64,000 nucleotides of DNA from Acidimicrobiia bacterium (lineage in GTDB: Bacteria > Actinomycetota > Acidimicrobiia > IMCC26256 > JACDBD01). Numbering within the stretch: the first letter of the stretch is position 1; each line of letters starts with the position of its first letter. Made by a program: the position numbers and the translations under genes. The DNA is taken from positions 5,340-69,339 of the forward strand of contig DASZGY010000023.1 in the NCBI GenBank assembly GCA_035938395.1. Direction: 5' to 3'. The notes under the pieces are model-generated. The model was given only the letters and a program-made list of their open reading frames with translations, did no database searches and was not told the DNA's origin. This document shows, piece after piece, positions 52,744 to 61,312 of this stretch.

Positions 52744-53874
52744 ATGAACTTCGCGTTCTCGGAGGAGCAGGAGCAGCTCCGCGAGGCCGTCCGCAGATTC
52801 ATGGAGGCGAAGTCGCCTTCGTCGGAGGTGCGGCGCCTCATGGAGACGACGGAGGGCTACGACGAGGCGGTGTGGAAGCAGATGGCTCAGGAGCTGGGGC
52901 TCCAGAGCCTGCACATCCCCGAAGCCCACGGCGGTCAGGGGTTCACGTTCGTCGAGCTCGGCATCGTGCTCGAGGAGATGGGCCGCGTCCTGTTGTGCGC
53001 GCCGTACTTCTCGACGGTCGTGCTGGCGGCGGACGCGATCATGAACGCCGCCACCGACGCCCAGCAGGGCGAGCTGCTCCCGGGAATCGCGTCGGGCGAG
53101 ACGATCGCCGCGCTCGCGTTCACCGAGCCGAACGGCCGGTGGGACGCATCGGGCATCACGATGGAGGCCAGCGGGAGCGGCGACAGCTACCAGCTGTCGG
53201 GCACGAAGATGTTCGTGATCGACGGGCACACCGCGAGCACGATCATCACCGTGGCCCGGCTCGCCGGTACCGACGGCGAGGACGGAATCTCTTTCTTCGC
53301 CGTCGACGGTGACGCGTCCGGCCTGACGCGCACGCCGCTCGCAACCATGGACCAGACCCGGAAGCAGGCTCGCCTCGACTTCTCGGACGTCGCCGCCCGG
53401 CCGTTGGGCGAGCCGGGCGCGGGATGGGCGGCATTGTCGAAGACGCTCGACCAGGCGGCTGTCGGCCTGTCGAACGAGATGGTCGGCGGCGCGCAGAAGG
53501 TGTTGGAGATGGCGGTCGACTACGCCAAGGTGCGCGTGCAGTTCGGCCGGCCCATCGGCTCGTTCCAGGCCATCAAGCACAAGTGCGCCGACATGCTCCT
53601 CGAGGTCGAGTCGGCCAAGTCGGCGGCGTACTACGCGGCGTGGGCCGCAGCCGAGGACAACGACGAGCTCCCGGTCGTGGCGAGCCTCGCCAAGGCGTAC
53701 TGCTCCGATGCCTACTTCCACGCCGCCGCCGAGAACATCCAGATCCACGGCGGGATCGGCTTCACGTGGGAGCACGACGCCCACCTCTACTTCAAGCGGG
53801 CGAAGAGCTCGGAGATCCTGCTCGGCGACGCCACCTATCACCGGGAGCTGCTGGCGCAGCGCATCGGCATCTGA
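52744..53874 (+). CDS. acyl-CoA dehydrogenase, second adjacent subunit or paralogue
   Basis: AFTEPNGRWD, FGRPIGSFQAIKHKCADM, IQIHGGIGFTWEHDAHLYFKRA. Confidence 0.88.
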   Translation: MNFAFSEEQEQLREAVRRFMEAKSPSSEVRRLMETTEGYDEAVWKQMAQELGLQSLHIPEAHGGQGFTFVELGIVLEEMGRVLLCAPYFSTVVLAADAIMNAATDAQQGELLPGIASGETIAALAFTEPNGRWDASGITMEASGSGDSYQLSGTKMFVIDGHTASTIITVARLAGTDGEDGISFFAVDGDASGLTRTPLATMDQTRKQARLDFSDVAARPLGEPGAGWAALSKTLDQAAVGLSNEMVGGAQKVLEMAVDYAKVRVQFGRPIGSFQAIKHKCADMLLEVESAKSAAYYAAWAAAEDNDELPVVASLAKAYCSDAYFHAAAENIQIHGGIGFTWEHDAHLYFKRAKSSEILLGDATYHRELLAQRIGI

Positions 53875-53889
53875 GCGGGCGCGCTGCCC

Positions 53890-54333
53890 GTGCAGATCGT
53901 CGCCGGGGTCCTCGTCATCGCGGTCGTCGTCGCGGTCGCCGCGTGGTTGGTCATACGCGAGGCGGGGCGCATCGCCAAAGAGCCGCCGCCGGCGATCTTC
54001 GACCTCGACGAGGCCCACGACTGGGTCGTCGCGCACGTGCCCGACGAGGTCGCCGCCACGCTCACGTCCGACGACGTGCGTCGCATCCTCGAGTTCCAGC
54101 TCGAGTACTTCGAGAAGGAAGGCGTGTCGGGAAACGGGTCCGGACCGAAGGTGCCCGGACCGATCGTCATCGGCGGCGCCGAGGTCGTCGCCTACATCGT
54201 CGAGCGTGCCGCGAGCACGGGAGAGGCGTACCTCCCCGAGCAGGTGCACGGCGTCCTCGAGACGCAGATCGCGTACCTACGGTCGATCGGAGCCGTCGGT
54301 CCGCCCGCGGGGGACGAACGCGACGGTCGATAG
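53890..54333 (+). CDS. hypothetical membrane-anchored protein
   Basis: GTG 53890. N-terminal TM IVAGVLVIAVVVAVAAWLVI followed by a soluble acidic domain. No family was recognised. Confidence 0.5.
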   Translation: MQIVAGVLVIAVVVAVAAWLVIREAGRIAKEPPPAIFDLDEAHDWVVAHVPDEVAATLTSDDVRRILEFQLEYFEKEGVSGNGSGPKVPGPIVIGGAEVVAYIVERAASTGEAYLPEQVHGVLETQIAYLRSIGAVGPPAGDERDGR

Positions 54334-54339
54334 CCGTTA

Positions 54340-55206
54340 CTACTTGTTCGCCAGCTTCTGGAGCTTGGGCACGAGCCACGCGGTAACGAGGTCATAGCCG
54401 CGGTCGTTGAAGTGCGAATGGTCGGGGCCGCGCACTTGCTTCCCCTTGAGCGTGTCAGTGAACGCGCCCTTCGGGTCCGCGAACTTGTTGAGGTCGTAAA
54501 CCGTTATCGCGCCCTGGCTCGAGAGGTCGGCGAGGATCTTGTTGAGCGCGTCGGTCTTCACCTTGCTGGCGAGGAAGGGCTGGCCCGGCCGCGGTGCGAC
54601 CCAGTTCGGGGGTGGGGTCGGGCCGTAGGGCTCCCACCAGATCTCCTGAATGCCGTTCACGCCCGGCGGAGCCGGCAGCGCCTCAGGGGGGTTGATGTAT
54701 TGCATGTTGGTGAAAGCGACTTTCGCTCCCGTCGTCGACAGCAGCGACGCGGCTTCCTTGTGCGTGTCCGAGATCGATTGCGCGAACTGCGGGTCCTGGA
54801 TCGTGCTCGGGAGGCCGACGCCGGGCGGGTTGTCGAACCAGCGGTCGACGATCTCCCAGCCGCCGGTGACCACGAGAACCACGTCGGGCTGGCTCTGCTG
54901 GACCAGCGGCGGCCACGCGGTGCGCCAGTCGGGGCAGCCCGAGCCGATGACGATGCCGTCCTTGTAGCTCTCGAGCGAGTTCGCGCCGCCGGCGAGCGTG
55001 CAGTTCACGGAGGCGGCGTTGGTCACCGCGACGCGCTTGTCGCGCTGCATGCGCAGCGCGAGCCCCTGCCCCACGGAGTCGCCCAGCACGAGGACCTTGA
55101 TCTTGGGCTTCGTTTTGGCCGGCGCGGCGCCGGCGACGCCCTGAGCGGCTGCGACGGCGACAAGCAGTGTGGCGGCGACGACGACTGGGAAAAGGCGATT
55201 GCGCAA
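54340..55206 (-). CDS. secreted SGNH/GDSL-like hydrolase
   Basis: TTG 55206 with AGGAGA 8 nt upstream. Signal peptide, block I VLVLGDSVGQGL, and a C-terminal DHSHF (Asp/His-like block). Confidence 0.7.
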   Translation of the reverse strand: MRNRLFPVVVAATLLVAVAAAQGVAGAAPAKTKPKIKVLVLGDSVGQGLALRMQRDKRVAVTNAASVNCTLAGGANSLESYKDGIVIGSGCPDWRTAWPPLVQQSQPDVVLVVTGGWEIVDRWFDNPPGVGLPSTIQDPQFAQSISDTHKEAASLLSTTGAKVAFTNMQYINPPEALPAPPGVNGIQEIWWEPYGPTPPPNWVAPRPGQPFLASKVKTDALNKILADLSSQGAITVYDLNKFADPKGAFTDTLKGKQVRGPDHSHFNDRGYDLVTAWLVPKLQKLANK

Positions 55207-55277
55207 CGCTCGGGTCTCCTGGGTCGGCGAAGTGCCGCATCCTACCGGTGAGGCATTCGCTGGACAGTGCGGGCTCA

Positions 55278-56501
55278 ATGTCTAGACTGCGTTGGTTCGT
55301 ACGGCAGGCCCCCCCAGGAGGATCGTTGCGTAAGTTCTTGCTGTTCGCGGCTGGGGCAGCGCTGTCGGTTGGCACGCTTAGCGCGTGCTTTGGTGGCGGA
55401 CCACCACCGCCAACAGATCCTCACGACGTTCTCGTTGTCGGGGACTCGGTGAGTTTCTCGTTCGGCTGCGTGCTTGGCGACACGATTCCGGGCTTCGACC
55501 CGTCCGGCTGTCCGGTACGCAACGGCTACACGACCCACAACGAGTCGTCCGGCGCGTGCACGATCACTCCAGGGACGGTGCTCGCCTATACCGGCGGGAC
55601 CGCCGCCGCGCCCAATTGCGACACGGCCCCTGACGCCCAGAACCGGACGTGGGCGCAGGCCGCCGACCACTTCACCCCGAAGGTCGTGGTGATCAACACC
55701 GCCGGGTGGGAGGTCGTCGACCGTTGGATCAACTGCTGTAATGCGCCGCCCGAAGCCCAATGGGGAGGCCCGACAAACGGGCCGCCCAACGACGCCTACC
55801 ACACGGCCGCCGCGTACTACTCGAACGAGCTCTACCAGGCGATCCAGATGTTCCGCTCCAAGGGCGCCAAGGTGCTCGTCGCCAACTCGCCCTACATCGC
55901 TCCGCCCCAGCCCGAGCCACCGCCCGACCAGGTCCCGGCCGGGCTCGGATGCACGTGGTGGGAGCCGTACCCGAACAGCGCGCCGACGTCGAGCGGGCCC
56001 GACTGCACAGGCGACGCGACGGCCGGCAGCGGCGGCTCGTGGAGGCCGCCGCCCGGGTCAGGGGTGAGCTACCGGTCGAGCAGGACCAAGGTCGACCAGT
56101 TCAACAACGTCGTGAACGGGGTGCTCACGAACCCGGACCCGAGTTTCGGCTTCGGCAGCGACCCGAACGTCAAGTCGTTCAACTTCAAGAGCCATTTCAA
56201 TGGTGGGCCCAGCAACGCGTACAGCGACTATGTGTGCCCACCTCCCGACGACGTGAGCAAAGCGCCGATGAACACGCTGGACTTCCACTCGGGGGTCCCG
56301 GCCGGAACCATGGCCTTCCAGTGCGACAACGGCAACGGCCTCAATAGCCCTCTGAACCCATGGAACTACGCGATCCTCGCTCGAGCGCCCGACAAGGGTC
56401 ATCTGTCGGTGGCGGGGGAGTTCCAGGTCCTGCAGCCGTACATCGAGCCGTGCGTGCAGAGCATGCTCGGGGTCGGCGGCGACCCTACAAAGTGCAGCTA
56501 G
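55278..56501 (+). CDS. lipoprotein, SGNH-like hydrolase paralogue with Cys/Pro-rich insertions
   Basis: Lipobox GTLSAC, then VLVVGDSVSFSFG, VVVINTAGWEVVDRW (compare VVLVVTGGWEIVDRW in the neighbour) and a C-terminal DKGHL. Confidence 0.65.
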   Translation: MSRLRWFVRQAPPGGSLRKFLLFAAGAALSVGTLSACFGGGPPPPTDPHDVLVVGDSVSFSFGCVLGDTIPGFDPSGCPVRNGYTTHNESSGACTITPGTVLAYTGGTAAAPNCDTAPDAQNRTWAQAADHFTPKVVVINTAGWEVVDRWINCCNAPPEAQWGGPTNGPPNDAYHTAAAYYSNELYQAIQMFRSKGAKVLVANSPYIAPPQPEPPPDQVPAGLGCTWWEPYPNSAPTSSGPDCTGDATAGSGGSWRPPPGSGVSYRSSRTKVDQFNNVVNGVLTNPDPSFGFGSDPNVKSFNFKSHFNGGPSNAYSDYVCPPPDDVSKAPMNTLDFHSGVPAGTMAFQCDNGNGLNSPLNPWNYAILARAPDKGHLSVAGEFQVLQPYIEPCVQSMLGVGGDPTKCS

Positions 56502-56505
56502 CGAG

Positions 56506-56991
56506 ATGAAGATGACACAGTTGCCGATGAAACGACGCCTGATGGCCGCAGCCGTGCTGCTCGGCGGGTTCGCTCTGGCCGCCTGTGGCACGTCGGGTCC
56601 CGGGGTTCAGGCACGCCAGACCACCAATGAGACCACCACCACGAGTGCGCCCGAGCCGACCACGACGACGGCAGAGCCGACCCCGACCACGCCCGGTCCG
56701 ACGATCCCGCCGGCGACCGCCGCGGCGGTCGAGCCGCCCTGCACCTCCGAAGCGCTGTCCGCGGCGTATACGGTCAAGCTCGGGAGTCTCGCCGAGGTGG
56801 CCCTCAAGGTGCAGAAGTGCGTCGACGGTTGGGCGACGAGCTCGCAGACAAAGGGCTTCGACCCGCCGACGTTCACGCTCTACCGGGCCGACGGCGACCA
56901 CTGGGTTGCCGTGAACCGCAGTGCCGGGAAGCTGTGCGTGGGCTACGGCGTTCCGCCCGAGGTCGCCCGGCAGATCGGCTGCGACACCTGA
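56506..56991 (+). CDS. lipoprotein of unknown function
   Basis: Lipobox FALAAC, a Thr/Pro-rich linker and a ~90-aa Cys-containing domain. Confidence 0.65.
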   Translation: MKMTQLPMKRRLMAAAVLLGGFALAACGTSGPGVQARQTTNETTTTSAPEPTTTTAEPTPTTPGPTIPPATAAAVEPPCTSEALSAAYTVKLGSLAEVALKVQKCVDGWATSSQTKGFDPPTFTLYRADGDHWVAVNRSAGKLCVGYGVPPEVARQIGCDT

Positions 56992-57253
56992 GCGAAACCC
57001 CCGGGAACTGTCACGCGTCGCCCCTCCGTCCGTGGTACAAGTTGCAGTACCAGGGAAAGGAGGTGGTCCAGCTGATGCATGAGCAACGCGGGACTCTGGA
57101 GGTGCGCGGCCGTTAGGTCGTCGTCGCGCCCGCCATGCGGGCGCGTCAGGCTGGATCGCCTGGCGGAGTCCAACCGCCGCACCGTCGTCGCCCGGACGGG
57201 ATGTCGTCCCACCCGTAGCGTTCCGGGCCGGCGAAAACGTTTCAGCCGAGAGT

Positions 57254-57284
57254 GATGAGGGGGCGCTTCATGCGCCCCCTCATC
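57254..57284. terminator. 13-bp perfect GC-rich hairpin
   Basis: GATGAGGGGGCGC (57254-57266), loop TTCAT, then GCGCCCCCTCATC (57272-57284). Confidence 0.5.
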
Positions 57285-57338
57285 GCGTCTGCGGCCGACG
57301 TACCGTTGCGCCGTCCGCAATGGCAACAGGAGGATCGC

Positions 57339-57572
57339 GTGAGTCGACCGTCGAGATTCGAGAGCTTCCGCTACCTCGGCGACAAGCGCACCCAGATCGT
57401 CTACGACCTCGACCTCGTGGAGGAGGCCGGTCTCCAACCGGTGATCCACGAGCTGTTGCAGTCCGAGGCGTTCGCTGCGTTCGCGCCCGACACGCTGGCC
57501 GAGGCGCGCAACCGCGGCTACCGCGCGTCTCGGTCGATCCGCGAGGAGGGAGACCGGACGGCGGATAGTTGA
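57339..57572 (+). CDS. small hypothetical protein (77 aa)
   Basis: GTG 57339 lies 5 nt after a perfect AGGAGG (57328-57333), in frame with ORF 57252..57572. No family was recognised. Confidence 0.5.
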   Translation: MSRPSRFESFRYLGDKRTQIVYDLDLVEEAGLQPVIHELLQSEAFAAFAPDTLAEARNRGYRASRSIREEGDRTADS

Positions 57573-57602
57573 TTTGCCCGTGTTCCCGGCCGCTCTGACG
57601 CG

Positions 57603-57725
57603 GTGCGCAGGGCAGGACAGCGCTGGGCAGGCAGGCGGCGCGCGGGCAGAAGCCTGCTGCTCGTCGCGGTGTGCGCAACCGTCGTACTGCTGACGGCGTG
57701 CGTGGGCGGTCCGCCACCACCGTAG
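57603..57725 (+). pseudogene. orphan lipoprotein signal peptide with a 7-residue mature part (remnant of an SGNH-lipoprotein paralogue?)
   Basis: VRRAGQRWAGRRRAGRSLLLVAVCATVVLLTACVGGPPPP-stop. Compare ...LSACFGGGPPPPTDP at the N-terminus of the 55278 gene. Confidence 0.3.
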
Positions 57726-58191
57726 GTCAGCCCATTTCCGCCCTCCCCGGATGGCTCGACGGCATGTACGAGATCTCACGCGGCTACAGCGAGGCGATGG
57801 GAATCGAGATTGGCGGGGCTTGGGAGAGTACGCCGCCGCGTTGCTTGTGATCGCGGTACTCGTGGGGACCCTCGCGACGACGAAGTTCTCGCGCCGGGGT
57901 CAACGCTGGGAGCTCATCGGGCTGGTGCTTCTTGCGTCGTTTGTGCTGTTCAAGGACGGCTTCGTCCGCCACGACGCCCACTCGGTCCAGCTGTTCGGGC
58001 TCTTCGCGCTGCTCCCGCAGCACGCGTTCCACGTCCTGGCAGCCCCAGACTGCGCCGCGCCGCAGATGGAGGGCAGGAACTTCGAGCGGATGAAGCTCAC
58101 CGATCGCGACGGGAGCGACGGCGAGGCCTACGGCGTCACGTTCTTCCGCATCCCGTTCTCGTGCTGACCGTGCGAACCGTCGCCGAACGGC

Positions 58192-58785
58192 TCAGTCGAG
58201 CGTGGGCTCCTCGAAGGGTGTGCTCAAGGCGCCGTTGACGCCCTTCATGCGGGCAGCGAACGCGGTGTCGGACAGCGCCAACTCGCTCTCTACCTCGTCC
58301 GGATCGGGCAACGGATCGACGAGATCCACCCACGATGTGCAGCCGCCGTACTCCTCGCGCCACGGGACCTCGAGGGGCTCGAGCAGCCGGTGCACCCGCA
58401 TCGCCAGCACCCACAGCGGCTGTCGCTTCTTCCATTGCAGTCGCGACTCTGCATAGTCATGGCTCCAGATGAGCTTGGAGTCGAGCGCGGCGAGCTGCTC
58501 CGGAGCGGTGATCGTGGCCGCGCCCACGATGTTGGCCCAGCCTTCGACTCGGATGGGTTCACCCACGCGTGAACCGACGGCGAGCTCGACCAGGGAGTGG
58601 TACGCGGGCTTGAGCAACTCGGGCCGCTGGTGCTCGACGGTCGGGTACAGCCACACGCGCCGTGACCGGAGTCCGAAGCGCCGCCCATCCTCGCGCAGCC
58701 CGCCCTTGCGCACGTCGAGGATCTGCTCGCCCTCGAGCAGGGCGTGCACGATGACGGCCCACTCCTTGAACGCGGGGACGGCCAT
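58192..58785 (-). CDS. DUF1802-like protein
   Basis: ATG 58785. AFKEWAVIVHALLEGEQILDVRKGGLRE ... VWLYPTVEHQRPELLKP resembles DUF1802 family N-termini. The recognition is from memory, not from a search. Confidence 0.6.
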   Translation of the reverse strand: MAVPAFKEWAVIVHALLEGEQILDVRKGGLREDGRRFGLRSRRVWLYPTVEHQRPELLKPAYHSLVELAVGSRVGEPIRVEGWANIVGAATITAPEQLAALDSKLIWSHDYAESRLQWKKRQPLWVLAMRVHRLLEPLEVPWREEYGGCTSWVDLVDPLPDPDEVESELALSDTAFAARMKGVNGALSTPFEEPTLD

Positions 58786-58790
58786 GCGGC

Positions 58791-60218
58791 TCAGGCTATT
58801 GCGCTCGGCGGCACCAATCGCAGCTCGCTGACCGCGATTCCGAGCTTGCGCGGATCGGGCCCCGGCCGCGGCACCGGTTCGGGCGTCGTGATCGCGATCC
58901 TCGTGAACTGCCACGACGCGTCGTAGTCGTCGGGCAGCGACGCCGTGCCGACCCGCCCTCGATCGTGGGCGCTCCAGCGCACATCGACAGGCACGCCATT
59001 GACCTCGAGCGACAAGTGGTCGCATAGGCCGAGGTCGTCGGAGACGACGACGAGCTCCACTCTTGACTTCGGCGCGAGCCTGATGGGCAGGTCGAGCCAG
59101 GACCGCCGCCCCGGGCCGGTGAACCGCACGGGCAGGTCCGCCAGTCGGTGTGGCTCGCGCCAACCGGCGCCCTCGATCGGCTCCTCCAGCGCGACGATCA
59201 GCGGCTCCTCGAGGAGCTCGCCGAGCTCCGACTCCATCGGCTGCGACCAGCGCGGGTCGCGGCCCACGACGTCCGTCAGCCGCTCGACCTCGTTGTCGGG
59301 CGGCGGCAACAAGCCCCGGGCGGTCTCGACAACCTCGCGAGGCTCGCCACGCAACGAGCGGGCGTGCGTATCGAGCGTCAGCCCTGCGAGCTCTCCGAGC
59401 CCCAGGGCACTCGCGAGACAGGCGCGGCGAACCGCGGTTCGCCAGTCCGTTTCCGGATCCGCCGTCGTCATCTCGGCGCGGACGAACAGGGCGTCAGCCC
59501 AGAAGAGCTGTCCCGAACGATGGGTGAAACGCGCGGCGTCGAAGTCGTAAATGTGGAACCCCGGCCGCAAGCCGACGCGCGCTCCGTGCTGACGGTGATG
59601 ACTCATGTTGTCGAGGTGCCAGAGGACGAAACCGCGGTCGCGAAGGAACCGGTCGACGTCGCCGAAGAGGGGCTGCCCCGTATACATGGGGTTGAACTCG
59701 ACCTCCGTCTGCACGACCGAAACACCTTCCAGCGCGCGTTTCGCTCCGCGCAGGATGTCGAGCTCTGAGCCCTGCGTGTCGAGCTTGACGAGGTCGACCT
59801 TGTCGACCGCATTGGCGGCGCACCAGTCGTCCAACGTGATGAGCTCGATCGTCTCGCGACGGACCATTCGCTGCGGCTCAAGGCGAGGGTGGCGATCTAC
59901 CACTTCATCGATCGGCGGATACACGGACGAGCACGCCGGCTCGCGAGTGATGTACAGGTTGGCCGCCCTGTGCTCCGATCCGAGGGCGTAGGGAACGATC
60001 CGCACCCACGGCTGGTCGCGGTAGTGCTCGGCGAGCCGCTCACATTCGACACGGTCCGGTTCGAAGCCGACGATGCGGCACCGTTCACCGAGCTCTTCCC
60101 ACGTGTCGGCGAAGCCCCAGCGGCAGCCGACGTCCACGACCGAAAGCGGGTCTTCGAGGATCGACGCCAGCACGGCCGCCACTTGCGACGACGCGAGCGC
60201 AGCGGCGTCGGCGGTCAT
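58791..60218 (-). CDS. FkbM-family methyltransferase with ~200-aa C-terminal extension
   Basis: ATG 60218 (ATGA overlap). Motifs VVDVGCRWGF, VDLVKLDTQGSELDIL and VQTEVEF. The extension contains GWREPH..VRFTGPG..SWLDL and DPRKLGIAVSELRL. Confidence 0.8.
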   Translation of the reverse strand: MTADAAALASSQVAAVLASILEDPLSVVDVGCRWGFADTWEELGERCRIVGFEPDRVECERLAEHYRDQPWVRIVPYALGSEHRAANLYITREPACSSVYPPIDEVVDRHPRLEPQRMVRRETIELITLDDWCAANAVDKVDLVKLDTQGSELDILRGAKRALEGVSVVQTEVEFNPMYTGQPLFGDVDRFLRDRGFVLWHLDNMSHHRQHGARVGLRPGFHIYDFDAARFTHRSGQLFWADALFVRAEMTTADPETDWRTAVRRACLASALGLGELAGLTLDTHARSLRGEPREVVETARGLLPPPDNEVERLTDVVGRDPRWSQPMESELGELLEEPLIVALEEPIEGAGWREPHRLADLPVRFTGPGRRSWLDLPIRLAPKSRVELVVVSDDLGLCDHLSLEVNGVPVDVRWSAHDRGRVGTASLPDDYDASWQFTRIAITTPEPVPRPGPDPRKLGIAVSELRLVPPSAIA

Positions 60219-61312
60219 GGTCGTAACCCCCAGCGGATGCGGATCTGGGCGAGCCGGTCGTGAAAGGCGCGTCCCAGCTCGGCGAGCGCATGGAGCCCGC
60301 GGCGGATCTCCTCGCCGCCGCGGCCCGGGCGATCGGCGCGTTCCGGCCACCACGCCGCGGCACGCGCCACGGTGTCGTCGGGATCGAGCGCGAGCGCCGT
60401 CAGCGCCAGTTGCACGTCACGCCGGGCGAGCAGCGATTCGGGCGCTCGCTCCAGCGATCGTGCCACCTGGGCGCGCGCGTCGACGACGTGCAGGCCCGAC
60501 TCCAACGCGACCACCCGGGCCAGCTCCTGCTCACTCCGCGCGCGTCGGAGCGCCCAGCCGGCGGGGGGCACGAGCTCGCCTTTGACGGCGAGATAGTCGA
60601 CGCACGTGTCGGGCTGGAACGACTGTGGCGTCACGGGCATGAGGTCACCGTCACCGATCAGGTAGTTGGCGTACCCGAGCTGCGCGAACGCCGCGATGAG
60701 GTCCTCGGGCGTCGCGCCGAACATCCGGAGGGTATGCGCGTTTGCCTCGTAGACGACCGGCGGTGCATCTGGGCCGGTCAAGAGGTCTTGCATTCCCTCG
60801 ATCGCAGCGATCTCCGAGCCTTCGACGTCGAGCTTGACGAGGTCGACCCGCTCGACGCCGTGGCTGCCCAGCACCCGCGACACGGTGTCGGCCTGAACCT
60901 CAACCAACCCCGGCGACCATCCCGCGGAGACCTGGCCCCATGCACCCTCGTGGCGGAAGCGCACCACACCGGGCGCGTCGCTCACGGCCACCTCCGCGAC
61001 CCGCAGATCGTCGAAGCCGTTGGCCCGCGCGCTCGCACGGAGGAACGCCGCGTTCCGGGGTGAGGCCTCGACCGACAGCACGCTGTGGCCGCGCCCGGCC
61101 GCGGCGAGCGAGAAGGTCCCGAGGTGCGCGCCCAGATCGAGCACGACCGCGCCGGGCTCGAGCATCGCCAGCGCGACATCGAACGTGGGAGGGAAGTAGC
61201 CGCCCGACCGTTGCACGTGGTCGCCGATCAGGTCGCCCGAAGGCGGGACGACGATGTCGAGGGATTGGCCCCACGGGAGCTCCAGGCGGGCCCATCGCCC
61301 ACCCGAGGTCAC
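60215..61312 (-). CDS. FkbM-family methyltransferase
   Basis: VVLDLGAHLGTFSL and VDLVKLDVEGSEIAAIEG. GTG 61312 gives a GTGA overlap with the upstream stop; ATG 61336 is the alternative start. Confidence 0.8.
   Translation of the reverse strand: MTSGGRWARLELPWGQSLDIVVPPSGDLIGDHVQRSGGYFPPTFDVALAMLEPGAVVLDLGAHLGTFSLAAAGRGHSVLSVEASPRNAAFLRASARANGFDDLRVAEVAVSDAPGVVRFRHEGAWGQVSAGWSPGLVEVQADTVSRVLGSHGVERVDLVKLDVEGSEIAAIEGMQDLLTGPDAPPVVYEANAHTLRMFGATPEDLIAAFAQLGYANYLIGDGDLMPVTPQSFQPDTCVDYLAVKGELVPPAGWALRRARSEQELARVVALESGLHVVDARAQVARSLERAPESLLARRDVQLALTALALDPDDTVARAAAWWPERADRPGRGGEEIRRGLHALAELGRAFHDRLAQIRIRWGLRP

Noticed and set aside
57252-57338. The N-terminal 29 codons of ORF 57252..57572 (MMRGRFMRPLIAS...).
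   Set aside because: This stretch is occupied by a perfect 13-bp hairpin. The in-frame GTG 57339 has an ideal AGGAGG 5 nt upstream, so the shorter ORF is preferred.
57751-58167. A 138-aa ORF with two hydrophobic segments as a real gene.
   Set aside because: It has no SD and no recognisable family. The composition is irregular, and it overlaps competing ORFs in other frames (57810..58238 on the plus strand, 57784..58032 on the minus strand). It is at best a fragment of a degraded membrane-protein gene.
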